Assembly: GCA_030390025.1 (NCBI GenBank) | Contig: CM059431.1 | Location: forward strand, 111,788,001-111,852,000 | Reading direction: 5' to 3' | Length of the DNA stretch: 64,000 nt | From: Squalus acanthias | Taxonomy: Eukaryota | In this document: positions 11,863 to 21,940 of the stretch, piece by piece | Position numbering within the stretch: the first letter of the stretch is position 1 | Layout: the number at the start of each line of letters is the position of its first letter | Program-made: the position numbers and the translations under genes | The notes under the pieces: generated by a model | Seen by the model: only the letters and a program-made list of their open reading frames with translations | Database searches by the model: none | What the model was told of the DNA's origin: nothing

Positions 11863-12724
11863 TCCCAGTTGAGGTCAGGATTGAGTTTGGCTGCAATGCA
11901 GTTGAATAGTCTATTGATACTGACTGCCTAGCCTCCCAGATGAAGAATTGCCACTTGGAGAATGTATGCCAGGGCTGCCAGTACCTGTGGAACTGTACCC
12001 CAGCTAGTGTCAGTGCCTTAGGAAAAAGAAGGGGCAAATGTACAAGCAAAACAATATAGATAAGGTATGGCAACAGATCAGCTGAACGCCCAAGGAATTT
12101 CTATCTCAAAGTCTTTTGCAATAGTAACTAGTCTATGAGAAAGGGGAAACATATCAGACAAGAGAAATTAAAGGTAAACCCTTCCTTATGTTCAAAATGA
12201 CTGATTTGTAAACAATTTCTTTACAACATCGAGAACCGAATGAAGTAGATGTGAGGCGGTCATATTTTTATGTCAATAGAAATGTCTTAATTTGGAGATC
12301 AAGTAAAATATAAAACAAGTGCAGGAGAGTAGCCTCTACATTGCAAAATGTCAAATGTAACTAGTGAGTAACATAAACCTCCTTCTGCCCACAGCATTTT
12401 TTATTCTCAAAACACAGTCATAAATTACTTGCTGTTAGCTGCTTTGCAGAGGAGGCTTACAGTGATGATGTTATGTTGCTTGTGGTTGCCTGTTTTGAGC
12501 TCTCAATGAAGTTGCACGTTACCTGGAGTATCGGCGATGCTGGAGGCCACTACCACAAGACTGAAGCTAAATTATAGCAGGGAGAAGCTTTTGGCTTAAT
12601 TGAATGAACGTTACTAAATGTTGTTGGCAGTTTATATATTTGTAAGTACTTGTGCGAACTAGAAAATGATTCTTGCAGCCTTCGTCATCCAGCATCACCT
12701 TAATTTCACAGATCTTACTTGTGT

Positions 12725-13560
12725 GCAAGTGATATCAATGGACTGGTCAGGGGGGCAGAAAAGTGGCAAATGGAATTCAATCCGGAGACGTGCGAGGTAA
12801 TGAATTTGGGGAGGGCTAATAAGGTAAGGGAATACACAATAAATGGTAGGATACTGAGGAGTGTAGAGGAACAGAGGGACCTTGGAGTGCACGTCCACAG
12901 ATCCCTGAAGGTAGCAGGACAGGTAGATAAGGTGATTAAGAAGGCATACGGGATACTTTCCTTTATTAGCCGAGGCAGAGCATATAAGAGCAAGGAGGTT
13001 ATGCTTGAACAGTATAAAACACTAATTAGGCCACAGCTAGAGTACTGCGTACAGTTCTGGTCATCAGATTACAGGAAAGATGTGATTGCACTAGAGAGCG
13101 TACAGAGAAGATTTGCAAGGATGTTGCCGGGAGTAGAGAATTTTAGCTATGAGGAAAGATTGGATAGGCTGGGGTTCTTTTCTTTGGAACAGAGGAGGCT
13201 GAGGGGAGACTTGAATGAGGTGTATAAAATTATGAGGGGCCTAGATAGAGTGGATAGGAAGGACCTATTTCCCTTAGCAGAGAGGTCAATAACTAGGGGG
13301 CATAGATTTAAAGTAATGGGTAGAAGGATTAGAGGGGAGTTGAGGAGAACCTTTTTAACCCAGAGGGTGGTGGGGGGTCTGGAACTCACTGCCTGAAAGG
13401 GTGGTAGAGGCAGAAACGCTCATCACATTTAAAAAGTACTTGAATATGCACTTGAAGTGCCGTAACCTACAAGGCTATGGACCAAGAGCAGGAAAGAGCT
13501 GGATAGCCCTTTTTTGGCCGGCACAGACACAATGGTGCCGTAAAATTCTATGATTCTACG
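12725..13560 (+). mobile_element. 5'-truncated CR1
   Basis: ORF 12719-13396 with KWQMEFN, RPQLEYCVQFW, RRLRGDL; attctatgattcta tail. Confidence 0.85.
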
Positions 13561-13863
13561 TGAAAAACATATTTATGAGGCAGTGTTTTTGGGTGTTCTA
13601 TATGTATGGGCTTTTATTTTTGCCGGACAGCAATCGGTTTAAATTTTCCTACGGTTAAGTCCTTGTGAAGGTGTAGAACTGTAGCTGAACATAAGAACAT
13701 AAGAAATAGGAGCAGGAGTAGGACATTTGGCCCTTCGAGCCTGCTCCGCCATTCAATAAGATCATGGCTGATCTTCTACCTCATCTCCACTTTCCTGCAT
13801 TATCCCCATATCCCTTGATGCCCTTAATATCCAAAAATCTACCGATCTCTGTCATAGAGTCAT

Positions 13864-14898
13864 GGGGGAAACATTCAGTTGGTTGCCCCTCCCGTTAGCG
13901 CCTTAAGAGGGCGCTAATGGGGCGCAAAGCAACTAGCACCCGGGCGTGACGATGTTTAGCCCTAAAGGGGCTAGGACTAGTAATTATCCCTTCAGCCTCA
14001 GGCTACAGGATGATATAGGCGGGTTGGTCAGATGGGCAGAACAGTGGCAAATGGAATTTAACCCTGAAAAGTGTGAGGTGATGCATTTTGGGAGAACTAA
14101 CAAGGCAAGGCAATAGACAATGAATGGTAGGACCCTAGGGAGGACAGAGGATCAGAGGGACCTTGGTGTGCATGAAAGCAGCAGGACAGGTAGATAAGGT
14201 GGTTAAAAAGGCATATGGGATACTTGCCACGAAATTAACTAGACATTTTGCGGCGGCGCTAAACAATACCGCCCCGATCTCCTGCGCACGCAGATCTTGA
14301 CGTCATACGAGGGTGCAACGCCCTTGTGGTGCCCTGGAGCGGAAATTGAGTGGCGCCCCCATCATTTCCGCCTGGAGCAACCAACGACAGGAAGACTGGA
14401 ACGCTCCCCAGTCACTGTGGGGCTGGGGGGGCGCTATTTAAAGGGGGCCTCTTCCTGTCATTCTCTGTGGTAGACATTTTTGCACCACTCGTTCTGAGAG
14501 AGAGAGATTCGGAGAGAGAGAAAGACAGACTTCACCATAGTCCTTAGCTGGAAGATTTAGGCACAGGTCTCTCCAGGCCGAGATTCAAGGCTCCAATGAG
14601 CAGGGTGTGGCTGGAATGCAAGATCGACCCTCCCCTTTAAGAACTGTCTGGCGCCAGTGTGTCTGTGTTCCATCGCTAACTGACAGCACCTGCGCTGCGC
14701 CCGCGCTCTGAGTTAGCGCCTTGCTCCTCGGCCTTTGCACCTTAAGACAGATGTGTAGCGCCTGATTTAGCACTCCAATCACCTCCAGGGGCGATAAAAG
14801 TCAAGTTTGCAGTCTGAGGCGATAATTAACGCCAGGCGCTAATCTTTGCGCCCGGCCGATAATTGTGCCCCAAATGGGGCGATACTGAATTTATCCCC
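13864..14898. mobile_element. PIF/Harbinger-type MITE
   Basis: TIRs gggggaaacattcagt / actgaatttatcccc; 3-bp TSD cat; same family as 26231-27123. Confidence 0.75.
13957..14228 (+). repeat. inverted templated copy of 15515-15681 joined to 20080-20198
   Basis: Reverse-complement match including the CR1/solo-LTR junction; lacks the Gypsy element; 14-bp internal deletion. Confidence 0.9.
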
Positions 14899-15681
14899 CA
14901 TAGAGTTATACAGCACAGAAAGAGGCCCTTCGGCCCATCGTGTCCGCGCCAGCCATCAAGCCCTATCTTTTCTAATCCCATTTTCCAGCAATTGGTCTGT
15001 AGCCTTGTATGCTATGGCGTTTCAAGTGCTCATCTAAATGCTTCTTGAATGTTGTGAGGGTTCCTGCCTCTACCACCCTTTCAGGCAGTGAGTTCCAGAT
15101 TCCAACCACCTTCTGGGTGAAAAAGTTTTTCCTCAAATCCCCTCTAAACCTCCTGCCCCTTACCTTGAAACTATGCCCCATGGTTATTGACCCCTCTACT
15201 AAGGGGAAAAGTTCCTTTCTATCTACCCTATCTATGCCCCTCATAATTTTGTACACCTCAATCAGGTACCCCCTCAGCCTTCTCTGCTCTAAAGAAAACA
15301 ACCCCAGCCTGTCCAGTCTCTCTTCATAGCTGAAACGCTCCAGCCCAGGTAATATCCTGGTGAATCTCCTCTGCACCCTCTCCAATGCAATCACATCCTT
15401 CCTATAGTGTGGCGACCAGAACTGCACACAGTATTCCAGCTGTGGCCTAACTAGCGTTTTGTACAGCTTTATCATAACCTCCCTGCTCTTATATTCTTTG
15501 CCTCGGCTAATGAAGGCAAGTATCCCATATGCCTTTTTAACCACCTTATCTACCTGTCCTGCTGCTTTCAGGAATCTATGTACATGCACACCAAGGTCCC
15601 TCTGATCCTCTGTCCTTCCTAGGGTCCTACCATTCATTGTGTATTCCCTTGCCTCGTTAGTTCTCCCAAAATGCATCACCT

Positions 15682-15943
15682 TGTTGAGGCTGCCACGAAA
15701 CACGAATAGAGGCTGAATACATATGTGGAAAACAAGAAACTTTTATTCACTGCATGGCACACAAAATGGCTGAGAGAGCTGCTCCCAGAATTCTCTGGGA
15801 AAACTCCCAGAATTCTCTGGGTAAAACCTGAGGCCCCGCCCCCTTCTGCCTTAAAGGTAATGTGCCTTAAAGGGGAAGGTGCTGGAAATTTGTCCACAGA
15901 CGGAAGAGTGGATTATGCCTGTTTTAGGTGGCAATCCGCCACA
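15682..15943 (-). repeat. 3' LTR
   Basis: About 8 mismatches versus 19814-20075 (counted by eye). Confidence 0.95.
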
Positions 15944-15956
15944 CAGCTCCCCCCAG
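15944..15956 (-). promoter_or_regulatory. polypurine tract
   Basis: Minus strand ctggggggagctg directly before the 3' LTR. Confidence 0.8.
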
Positions 15957-16119
15957 AATCTGCTTAGGAGGTGTGGACGAGACGGTGCGGCGGTCTGATG
16001 GGCCGGCCGGAGCGGCTCTTGTAGGACGCCGGTGGACGTGGAACGGCCGGGCATGGAGCAGCCGGGTGAACCGGCTTGAGGGCAGGTCGGCCGCGTGGAG
16101 GTGGACGAGCTACAGAGAC

Positions 16120-19100
16120 CTACTCCCCGGGCTCCGAGTGTGCTGGCTTGAGTCGGTCCACCGACACTTTTTCGGTCCTGTCGCCCACTTGCAGGGTGAA
16201 AAATTTGTCCCCAGCCTGTAGCACCTTGTAGGGCCCGTCGTACGGGGGTTGAAGGGGTCCGCGGTGGGCGTCGTGCCGGACGAAAACAAACTGTGCCTGG
16301 TGCAGGCTTAGTAGGACGTGTGAGGTGGATTCGCCGTGTCGGGCAATGGGCACCGGGGCGAACTGCAGCGCCGGTGAGGCGAAGTCGTGGCGTTGCTGGT
16401 CGGCTGACCAGGGTGTCGTGGCGGTGGGCAGGAACTCGCCGGGTACGCGCAGCGGCTGACCGTACACGAGCTCTGCTGCCGATGCGTGGAGGCCTTCTTT
16501 AACCGCGGTGCGCAGGCCGAGGAGGACCCACGGAAGTCGGTCGGTCCAGGCACCGTCTTGGAGGCTGGCTCGAAGAGATGCCTTCAAGGATCTGTGGAAC
16601 CGCTCACACAGTCCGTTGGCTTGGGGGTGGTACGCTGTGGTGCGGTGGATGGTCACCCCGAGATTGCGTGCGACGGCGGTCCAGAGTTCAGAGGTAAATT
16701 GCGGACCTCTGTCCGACGTCATGTCGGAGGGGACGCCGAACCGTGCGACCCAGGTGCTGACGAAGGCTCTGGCGATGTCGGTGGTGGTGGTAGAGGTCAG
16801 TGGAATTGCCTCAGGCCAGCGTGTGGTGCGGTCAACGATGGTCAGCAAATGCGTGTGGCCTTGCGACGGCGGCAGGGGCCCGACGATGTCCACGTGGATG
16901 TGGTCGAATCTCCGCGAGGGGACGGTAAACTCCTCGAGGGGTGCTTTCGTGTGTTGCTGTACCTTGGCACGTTGGCAGGATAGGCAGGAGTTGGCCCAAG
17001 TACGCACATCCTTGCGAAGGCTGCGCCAGACAAAGCGGTTGGCTACCAATTTGATGGATGCGCGGGCGCCGGGGTGGGAGAGGTTGTGGAGAATGTCGAA
17101 TAGCTGGCGGCGCCAGGACGCTGGCACGATGGGCCGAGGTTGACATAGGGATATGTCGCACTTGACCGTGACTGCGGTCGGGCCACAGGCGACGTCGGCC
17201 AGGCATAGCACTGGTAGGTTGGTGGGTGCGGAGAGCAGATCTGGGTCGGTGATCTGGTCTGCTGCGAGTTGAGCGTAATCGACTGCTAGGTGTGCAGCGT
17301 GGATGGCGGGGCGGGAGAGGCAGTCGGCTACCACAATGTCTCGGCCGGAGACGTGTTGGATGTCCGTGGTGAACTCGGACACTGCCGCGAGCTGGCGCTG
17401 CTGCCTGGCGGACCAGGGGTCGGTTGTCTTTGCCATTGCGAATGTCAGGGGCTTGTGGTCGACAAACGCAGTGAAGGGGTGGCCCTCAAGCAAAAACCGG
17501 AAATGGCGGACCGCCAGGAGCAGCGCGAGGAGCTCGCGGTCGAAGGTGCTGTACTTGACCTCCGGGGGGCGTAGTTGGCGGCTGAAGAAGGCAAGTGGTT
17601 GCCAGGCGCCGTCGACCCACTGCTCATACACGGCGCCGACCACGTGGTCGGAGGCGTCCGTGGTGAGCGCTACCCTGGCATTGGGCCGTGGGTGCGCGAG
17701 CAGGGTGGCGTTGGCGAGTGTGGTCTTGGTGGAATCGAAGGCGGCGGATGCGTCTGCTGTCCATTCGACCGCCATCTTGCCGCTCCTGCCCCGGAGGGCT
17801 TCATACAGGGGCCTCATGAGGGACGCCGCTTTGGGGATGAAGCGGTTATAGAAATTCACCATCCCGAGGAACTCCTGGAGGCCTTTGATGGTGGTGGGGC
17901 GGGGAAATTGTTGGACGGCCTGCACCTTGGTGGGCAGGGGAATGGCCCCAGCATGGTTGATGTGGTGGCCGAGGAAGTCGATCTTGTCCAGGCCGAACTG
18001 GCATTTGGCTGGGCTGAGGATGAGCCCGTGGTCGCTGAGGCGCCCGAACAGGATGCGAAGGTGTTCGAGGTGTTCCTGCTTGGAGGAACTGGCTACCAGG
18101 ATGTCGTCCAGGTAGACGAACAGGAACTTCAGGTACCGAAGGACCGAGTCCATGAGCCGTTGGAATGCCTGGGCCGCGTTTTTGAGGCCGAAGGGCATCC
18201 GCAGGAACTCGAACAGGCCGAAGGGGGTGATTACGGCCGTCTTGGGGACTTCCGCGGGGTGGACGGGGACTTGGTGGTAGCCGCGCACCAGGTCGACCTT
18301 GGAAAAGACTGAGCGGCCGGCCAGTCTAGCCGAGAAGTCCTGAATGTGCGGCACGGGGTACCGATCAGGGGTGGTGGCGTCATTGAGGCGGCGGTAATCC
18401 CCGCAGGGGCGCCAACCTCCGCCTGGTTTGGGGGCGATGTGGAGTGGGGAGGCCCAGGGACTGTTGGAGCGGCGGATGATGCCGAGCTGTTCCATGGTGG
18501 CAAACTCGGTCCGCGCGATCTCCAGTTTGGCCGGGTCCAGCCTGCGGGCGTGGGCATACACTGGGGGGCCTGTGGTGGGGATGAAGTGTTCCACCCCGTG
18601 TTTGGCGGCCTCCGTGGAGAAGGTCGGATTGGTAAGGGCCGGGAATTCAGCCAGGAGTGCCGAGTAGTCATCCGTGGCCCGGGCATGACACTGTGACGCC
18701 GTGTCGACGGGTTGACGGGGGGCCATGGCGCCCAGGATGGGGGACATGGTGTTCATGTCCATGAGGCGGTGACGAGGGATGTCTACCAGTAGGCCATGGG
18801 CGCACAGGAAATCTGCGCCGATGAGGGGGGAGAGCACCTTGGCAGTGATGAACTCCCATCGGTAGCGGTGACCAGCGAGGTCGAGGGTGACTGGTGACTG
18901 TCCGGGTGCCATACGTCCGGATTTCCGAGCCGTTAGCAGCAGCCAGCGCTGGTCCTTTTGGATGTCGAGGGAGGAGGCCGGGATGATGCTGTGCTGAGCC
19001 CCAGTGTCGCACAGGAACCGGTGGCCGGTTTTGTCATCCGTGACGAACAGCAGGGAGCCCGCGTGGCCCACGGCCATCGCGGGGGCTGGAACGGGGGCGG

Positions 19101-19773
19101 ACTTGAAAGAGCAGGGAGGTGTGCACCGTTGTGCCCTGGCGCCGAACCGTGCGTGGTAGTAACAGTGGCCCGGGTTAGTGGGGCGTGAAGGCCCCGTGGG
19201 CCTGGTGACAGGCCCTTGTGGCCGCGTGCTGGATGGTGAGGGGCGCGCCCAGGCATTGGCTGCCAGGTCCGGAGTGACGTCGCGGCTGGAGTGAGCGGAC
19301 AGCAGCTTGTCGGCCTCATCGGCCAGGGCTTCCAGGTTCGTGAGGCCGGACGCCACGATCGCTGGGCGGATGCTGAGAGGGAGCTTGCGGATGAACAGCG
19401 TGCGGAAGAGGGATCCGGGTGGGCTCTCGTCGGTGAGGGAGAGCATGTGGGAGAGGAGGTCTGACGGTGAGGCATCACCGAGGCCTGGAAGGTCGAGGAG
19501 GTGGCAGTTTCGCTGATATGCCGAGGCCATAAATTTTTTAAGGAGCGCTGTTCTGAGATGTGCGTACTTGCCTTCCTCTGGTGGGTTCTGCAGCGTTGTC
19601 CAAACCTTGGAAACTGCGGGGCTACTGAGTGATGTGACGAGATAGTCGTACTTCGTCCCATCTGTGGTGATATTTCGCAGCCGGAAGCGAGATTCAGCTT
19701 GGAGAAACCAGGCTTCGGGCTGGTTTTCCCAAAACTCCGGCAGTTTCACGGAAACTGCGTTCGTGTCCGCCAT
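16120..19773 (-). CDS. gag-pol polyprotein, 1217 aa (Gag-PR-RT-RNase H-IN)
   Basis: KLPEFW gag N-terminus, CYYH-x9-C-x3-C, LCDTGA, YLDD, TDASD/DRELLA/DHKPL, HHCC, HVD/SDRG/CER, GPY motif. Confidence 0.92.
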   Translation of the reverse strand: MADTNAVSVKLPEFWENQPEAWFLQAESRFRLRNITTDGTKYDYLVTSLSSPAVSKVWTTLQNPPEEGKYAHLRTALLKKFMASAYQRNCHLLDLPGLGDASPSDLLSHMLSLTDESPPGSLFRTLFIRKLPLSIRPAIVASGLTNLEALADEADKLLSAHSSRDVTPDLAANAWARPSPSSTRPQGPVTRPTGPSRPTNPGHCYYHARFGARAQRCTPPCSFKSAPVPAPAMAVGHAGSLLFVTDDKTGHRFLCDTGAQHSIIPASSLDIQKDQRWLLLTARKSGRMAPGQSPVTLDLAGHRYRWEFITAKVLSPLIGADFLCAHGLLVDIPRHRLMDMNTMSPILGAMAPRQPVDTASQCHARATDDYSALLAEFPALTNPTFSTEAAKHGVEHFIPTTGPPVYAHARRLDPAKLEIARTEFATMEQLGIIRRSNSPWASPLHIAPKPGGGWRPCGDYRRLNDATTPDRYPVPHIQDFSARLAGRSVFSKVDLVRGYHQVPVHPAEVPKTAVITPFGLFEFLRMPFGLKNAAQAFQRLMDSVLRYLKFLFVYLDDILVASSSKQEHLEHLRILFGRLSDHGLILSPAKCQFGLDKIDFLGHHINHAGAIPLPTKVQAVQQFPRPTTIKGLQEFLGMVNFYNRFIPKAASLMRPLYEALRGRSGKMAVEWTADASAAFDSTKTTLANATLLAHPRPNARVALTTDASDHVVGAVYEQWVDGAWQPLAFFSRQLRPPEVKYSTFDRELLALLLAVRHFRFLLEGHPFTAFVDHKPLTFAMAKTTDPWSARQQRQLAAVSEFTTDIQHVSGRDIVVADCLSRPAIHAAHLAVDYAQLAADQITDPDLLSAPTNLPVLCLADVACGPTAVTVKCDISLCQPRPIVPASWRRQLFDILHNLSHPGARASIKLVANRFVWRSLRKDVRTWANSCLSCQRAKVQQHTKAPLEEFTVPSRRFDHIHVDIVGPLPPSQGHTHLLTIVDRTTRWPEAIPLTSTTTTDIARAFVSTWVARFGVPSDMTSDRGPQFTSELWTAVARNLGVTIHRTTAYHPQANGLCERFHRSLKASLRASLQDGAWTDRLPWVLLGLRTAVKEGLHASAAELVYGQPLRVPGEFLPTATTPWSADQQRHDFASPALQFAPVPIARHGESTSHVLLSLHQAQFVFVRHDAHRGPLQPPYDGPYKVLQAGDKFFTLQVGDRTEKVSVDRLKPAHSEPGE

Positions 19774-19798
19774 TGCAGTGCTCGGAATACGTTCTGAG

Positions 19799-19812
19799 CG
19801 TCGGGGTCACCA
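19799..19812 (-). promoter_or_regulatory. primer-binding site, tRNA-Trp
   Basis: TGGTGACCCCGACG, complementary to the tRNA-Trp 3' end (CGUCGGGGUCACCA), 1 nt after the 5' LTR. Confidence 0.85.
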
Positions 19813-19813
19813 A

Positions 19814-20075
19814 TGTTGAGGCTGCCGCGAAACACGAATGGAGGCTGAATCCATATGTGGAAAACAAGAAACTTTTATTCACTGCATGGCACACAAAATG
19901 GCTGAGAGAGCTGCTCCCAGAATTCTCTGGAAAAACTCCCAGAATTCTCTGGGTAAAACCTGAGGCCCCGCCCCCTTCTGCCTTAAAGGTAATGTGCCTT
20001 AAAGGGGAAGGTGCTGGAAATTTGTCCACAGACGGAAGAGTGGGTTATGCCCATTTTAGGTGGCGATCCGCCACA
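19814..20075 (-). repeat. 5' LTR
   Basis: Direct repeat of 15682-15943; AATAAA on minus strand. Confidence 0.95.
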
Positions 20076-20160
20076 ACCTCACACTTTTCAGGGTTAAATT
20101 CCATTTGCCACTGTTCTGCCCATCTGACCAACCCGTCTACATCATCCTGTAGCCTGAGGC

Positions 20161-21242
20161 TGACGGGATAATTACTAGTCCTAGCCCCTTTAGGGCTACC
20201 CCGGATCAGGCGTATTCCTCAGACGTTCACTTTCAACTAAAGTTTGAGGTAGCCGAATCCTAAAGACGCTTAATTGGGTCAAAAGGTCCGGACTATCTCT
20301 CCCGAAAGGAAAGGAACAACCTGAAGATGTTACCGTCCTCCAGATAGCACTTTCAATAAGTTTAGCTAGACTGTAACGTTCCGGATATTATGAGGGTCCG
20401 GAAATCTCCTCACCAAAGAGTGTACAGAAATTGAGTTCACAAGTTTAATAATTCTAAAAATATATAGATTTATTAAAGAACCAACATGTAATTTACAGTT
20501 GGTGAGTCAATCGCAACATTAACAGTTCCAAAAAGAGAAAGTTTACACTCTTATTATCAGAGAACCTTACTCTCAAATCTTAAATTCGCTACAGTTTTAC
20601 AGTTCTTGAAGTTCTATTCGGGATATCCGCCAAAATCAAATACCTTTGATCCCCGAGGTACAAAGAGTTGGAGACTTACAGAGCCACCTCTGAAGCCGAG
20701 AATCGCTTTGCCCCTTTAAAGCGAGTCTACTATCCCATTTGAGAGTTCAATATTTATACACTTTTCCAGTGGTATTTCCTTTAAGGTTTTCTGCTGAGGT
20801 AAGCTAATTATCTCTAGTCATTTTTCTGCTGACCCCTGCAATTCTTACAGTCGCCTCAGCTGGTAGCATTACAGAATTATGTCTCTTCTCTAGGGGTTCT
20901 AAGTTTACCATAAAAAAACGGTGTAACGGCAGTTGTGTTTTACTTGATGTCATTTTTACGAAAGCAGATGTTTCTTACTTTACAAAGTGTAAGTTAGAAC
21001 ACATTAACCAGGGTGAACCATTGTTTCATTCCGAAAGGTTCAGCCTTTAACCTTCTGTTTCAATAAGGTTATTGATTCAGTGTCAACAACTATCTTATCT
21101 CTATAGCCAGAATGCTTTCACAGCTTTTTCATAGTTAGGTTTCTAGATTTCCAAACCCAGTTTGTCATGTTTTAATAAGGCCAGAATTCTTTCATAGAAT
21201 GGTGTATTTTTCTGAATAGGTTATATGGCTTATTCCTTCACA
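20161..21242 (-). mobile_element. long solo LTR, retrovirus-like
   Basis: TG...CA ends; TSD aggc at 20157-20160 and 21243-21246 splitting the CR1 RT; minus-strand TATAAATA near 20751-20758 and AATAAA near 20469-20474. Confidence 0.7.
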
Positions 21243-21844
21243 AGGCTTCCCTCCTCGCTATTTACCACTCCACCAATTTTCGTGTCATCTGCGAACTTAC
21301 TGATCATACCTCCTACATTCATATCTAAATCATTAATGTACACTACAAACAGCAAGAGATCCAGCACCGATCCCTGCGGTACACCACTGGACACAGGCTT
21401 CCAGTCACAAAAACAACCTTCGACTATCACCTTCTGCCTCCTGCCACTAAACCAATTTTGGATCCAATGTGCCAAATTGCCCTGGATCCCATGGGCTCTT
21501 ACCTTCTTGACCAGTCTCCCATGTGGGACTTTGTCAAAAGCCTTACTGAAGTCCATGTAGACTACATCAACTGCACTACCCTCATCCACACACCTAGTCA
21601 GCCCCTCGAAAAATTCAATCAAATTGGTTAGACATGATCTCCCCCTGACAAAACCATGCTGACTATCCTTGATTAATCCTTGCCTCTCTAAGTGGAGACT
21701 AATTCTGTCCCTCAGAATTTTTTCCAATAATTTTCCTACCACTGATGTTAGGTTCACTGGCCTGTAATTCCCTGGTTTATCCCTACTACGCTTCTTGAAT
21801 AATGGTACTATGTTAGCTGTCCTCCAGTCCTCTGGCACCTCCCT

Positions 21845-21940
21845 ACTTCACCTGAGGAAGGGGCGATCGATAGCTCCGAAAGCTTGTGATTTCAAATAAA
21901 ACTGTTGGACTATAACCTGGTGTTGTGTGACCTCTCAATT
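21845..21940 (+). mobile_element. Penelope family A terminal fragment with hammerhead (21848-21889)
   Basis: CUGAGGA-A-GGGGC-loop-GCUCC-GAAAGCUU/GUGA; replaces a few codons of CR1 ORF2. Confidence 0.8.

Larger units (their letters stand above)
15682..20075 (-). mobile_element. full-length Ty3/Gypsy LTR retrotransposon, CsRn1-like
   Basis: 262-bp TG..CA LTRs; 4-bp TSD acct at 15678-15681 and 20076-20079; tRNA-Trp PBS; PPT; CHCC gag motif. Confidence 0.95.

Noticed and set aside
16293..19661. Many long overlapping ORFs of 100-245 aa
   Set aside because: Antisense or alternate frames of the GC-rich gag-pol gene
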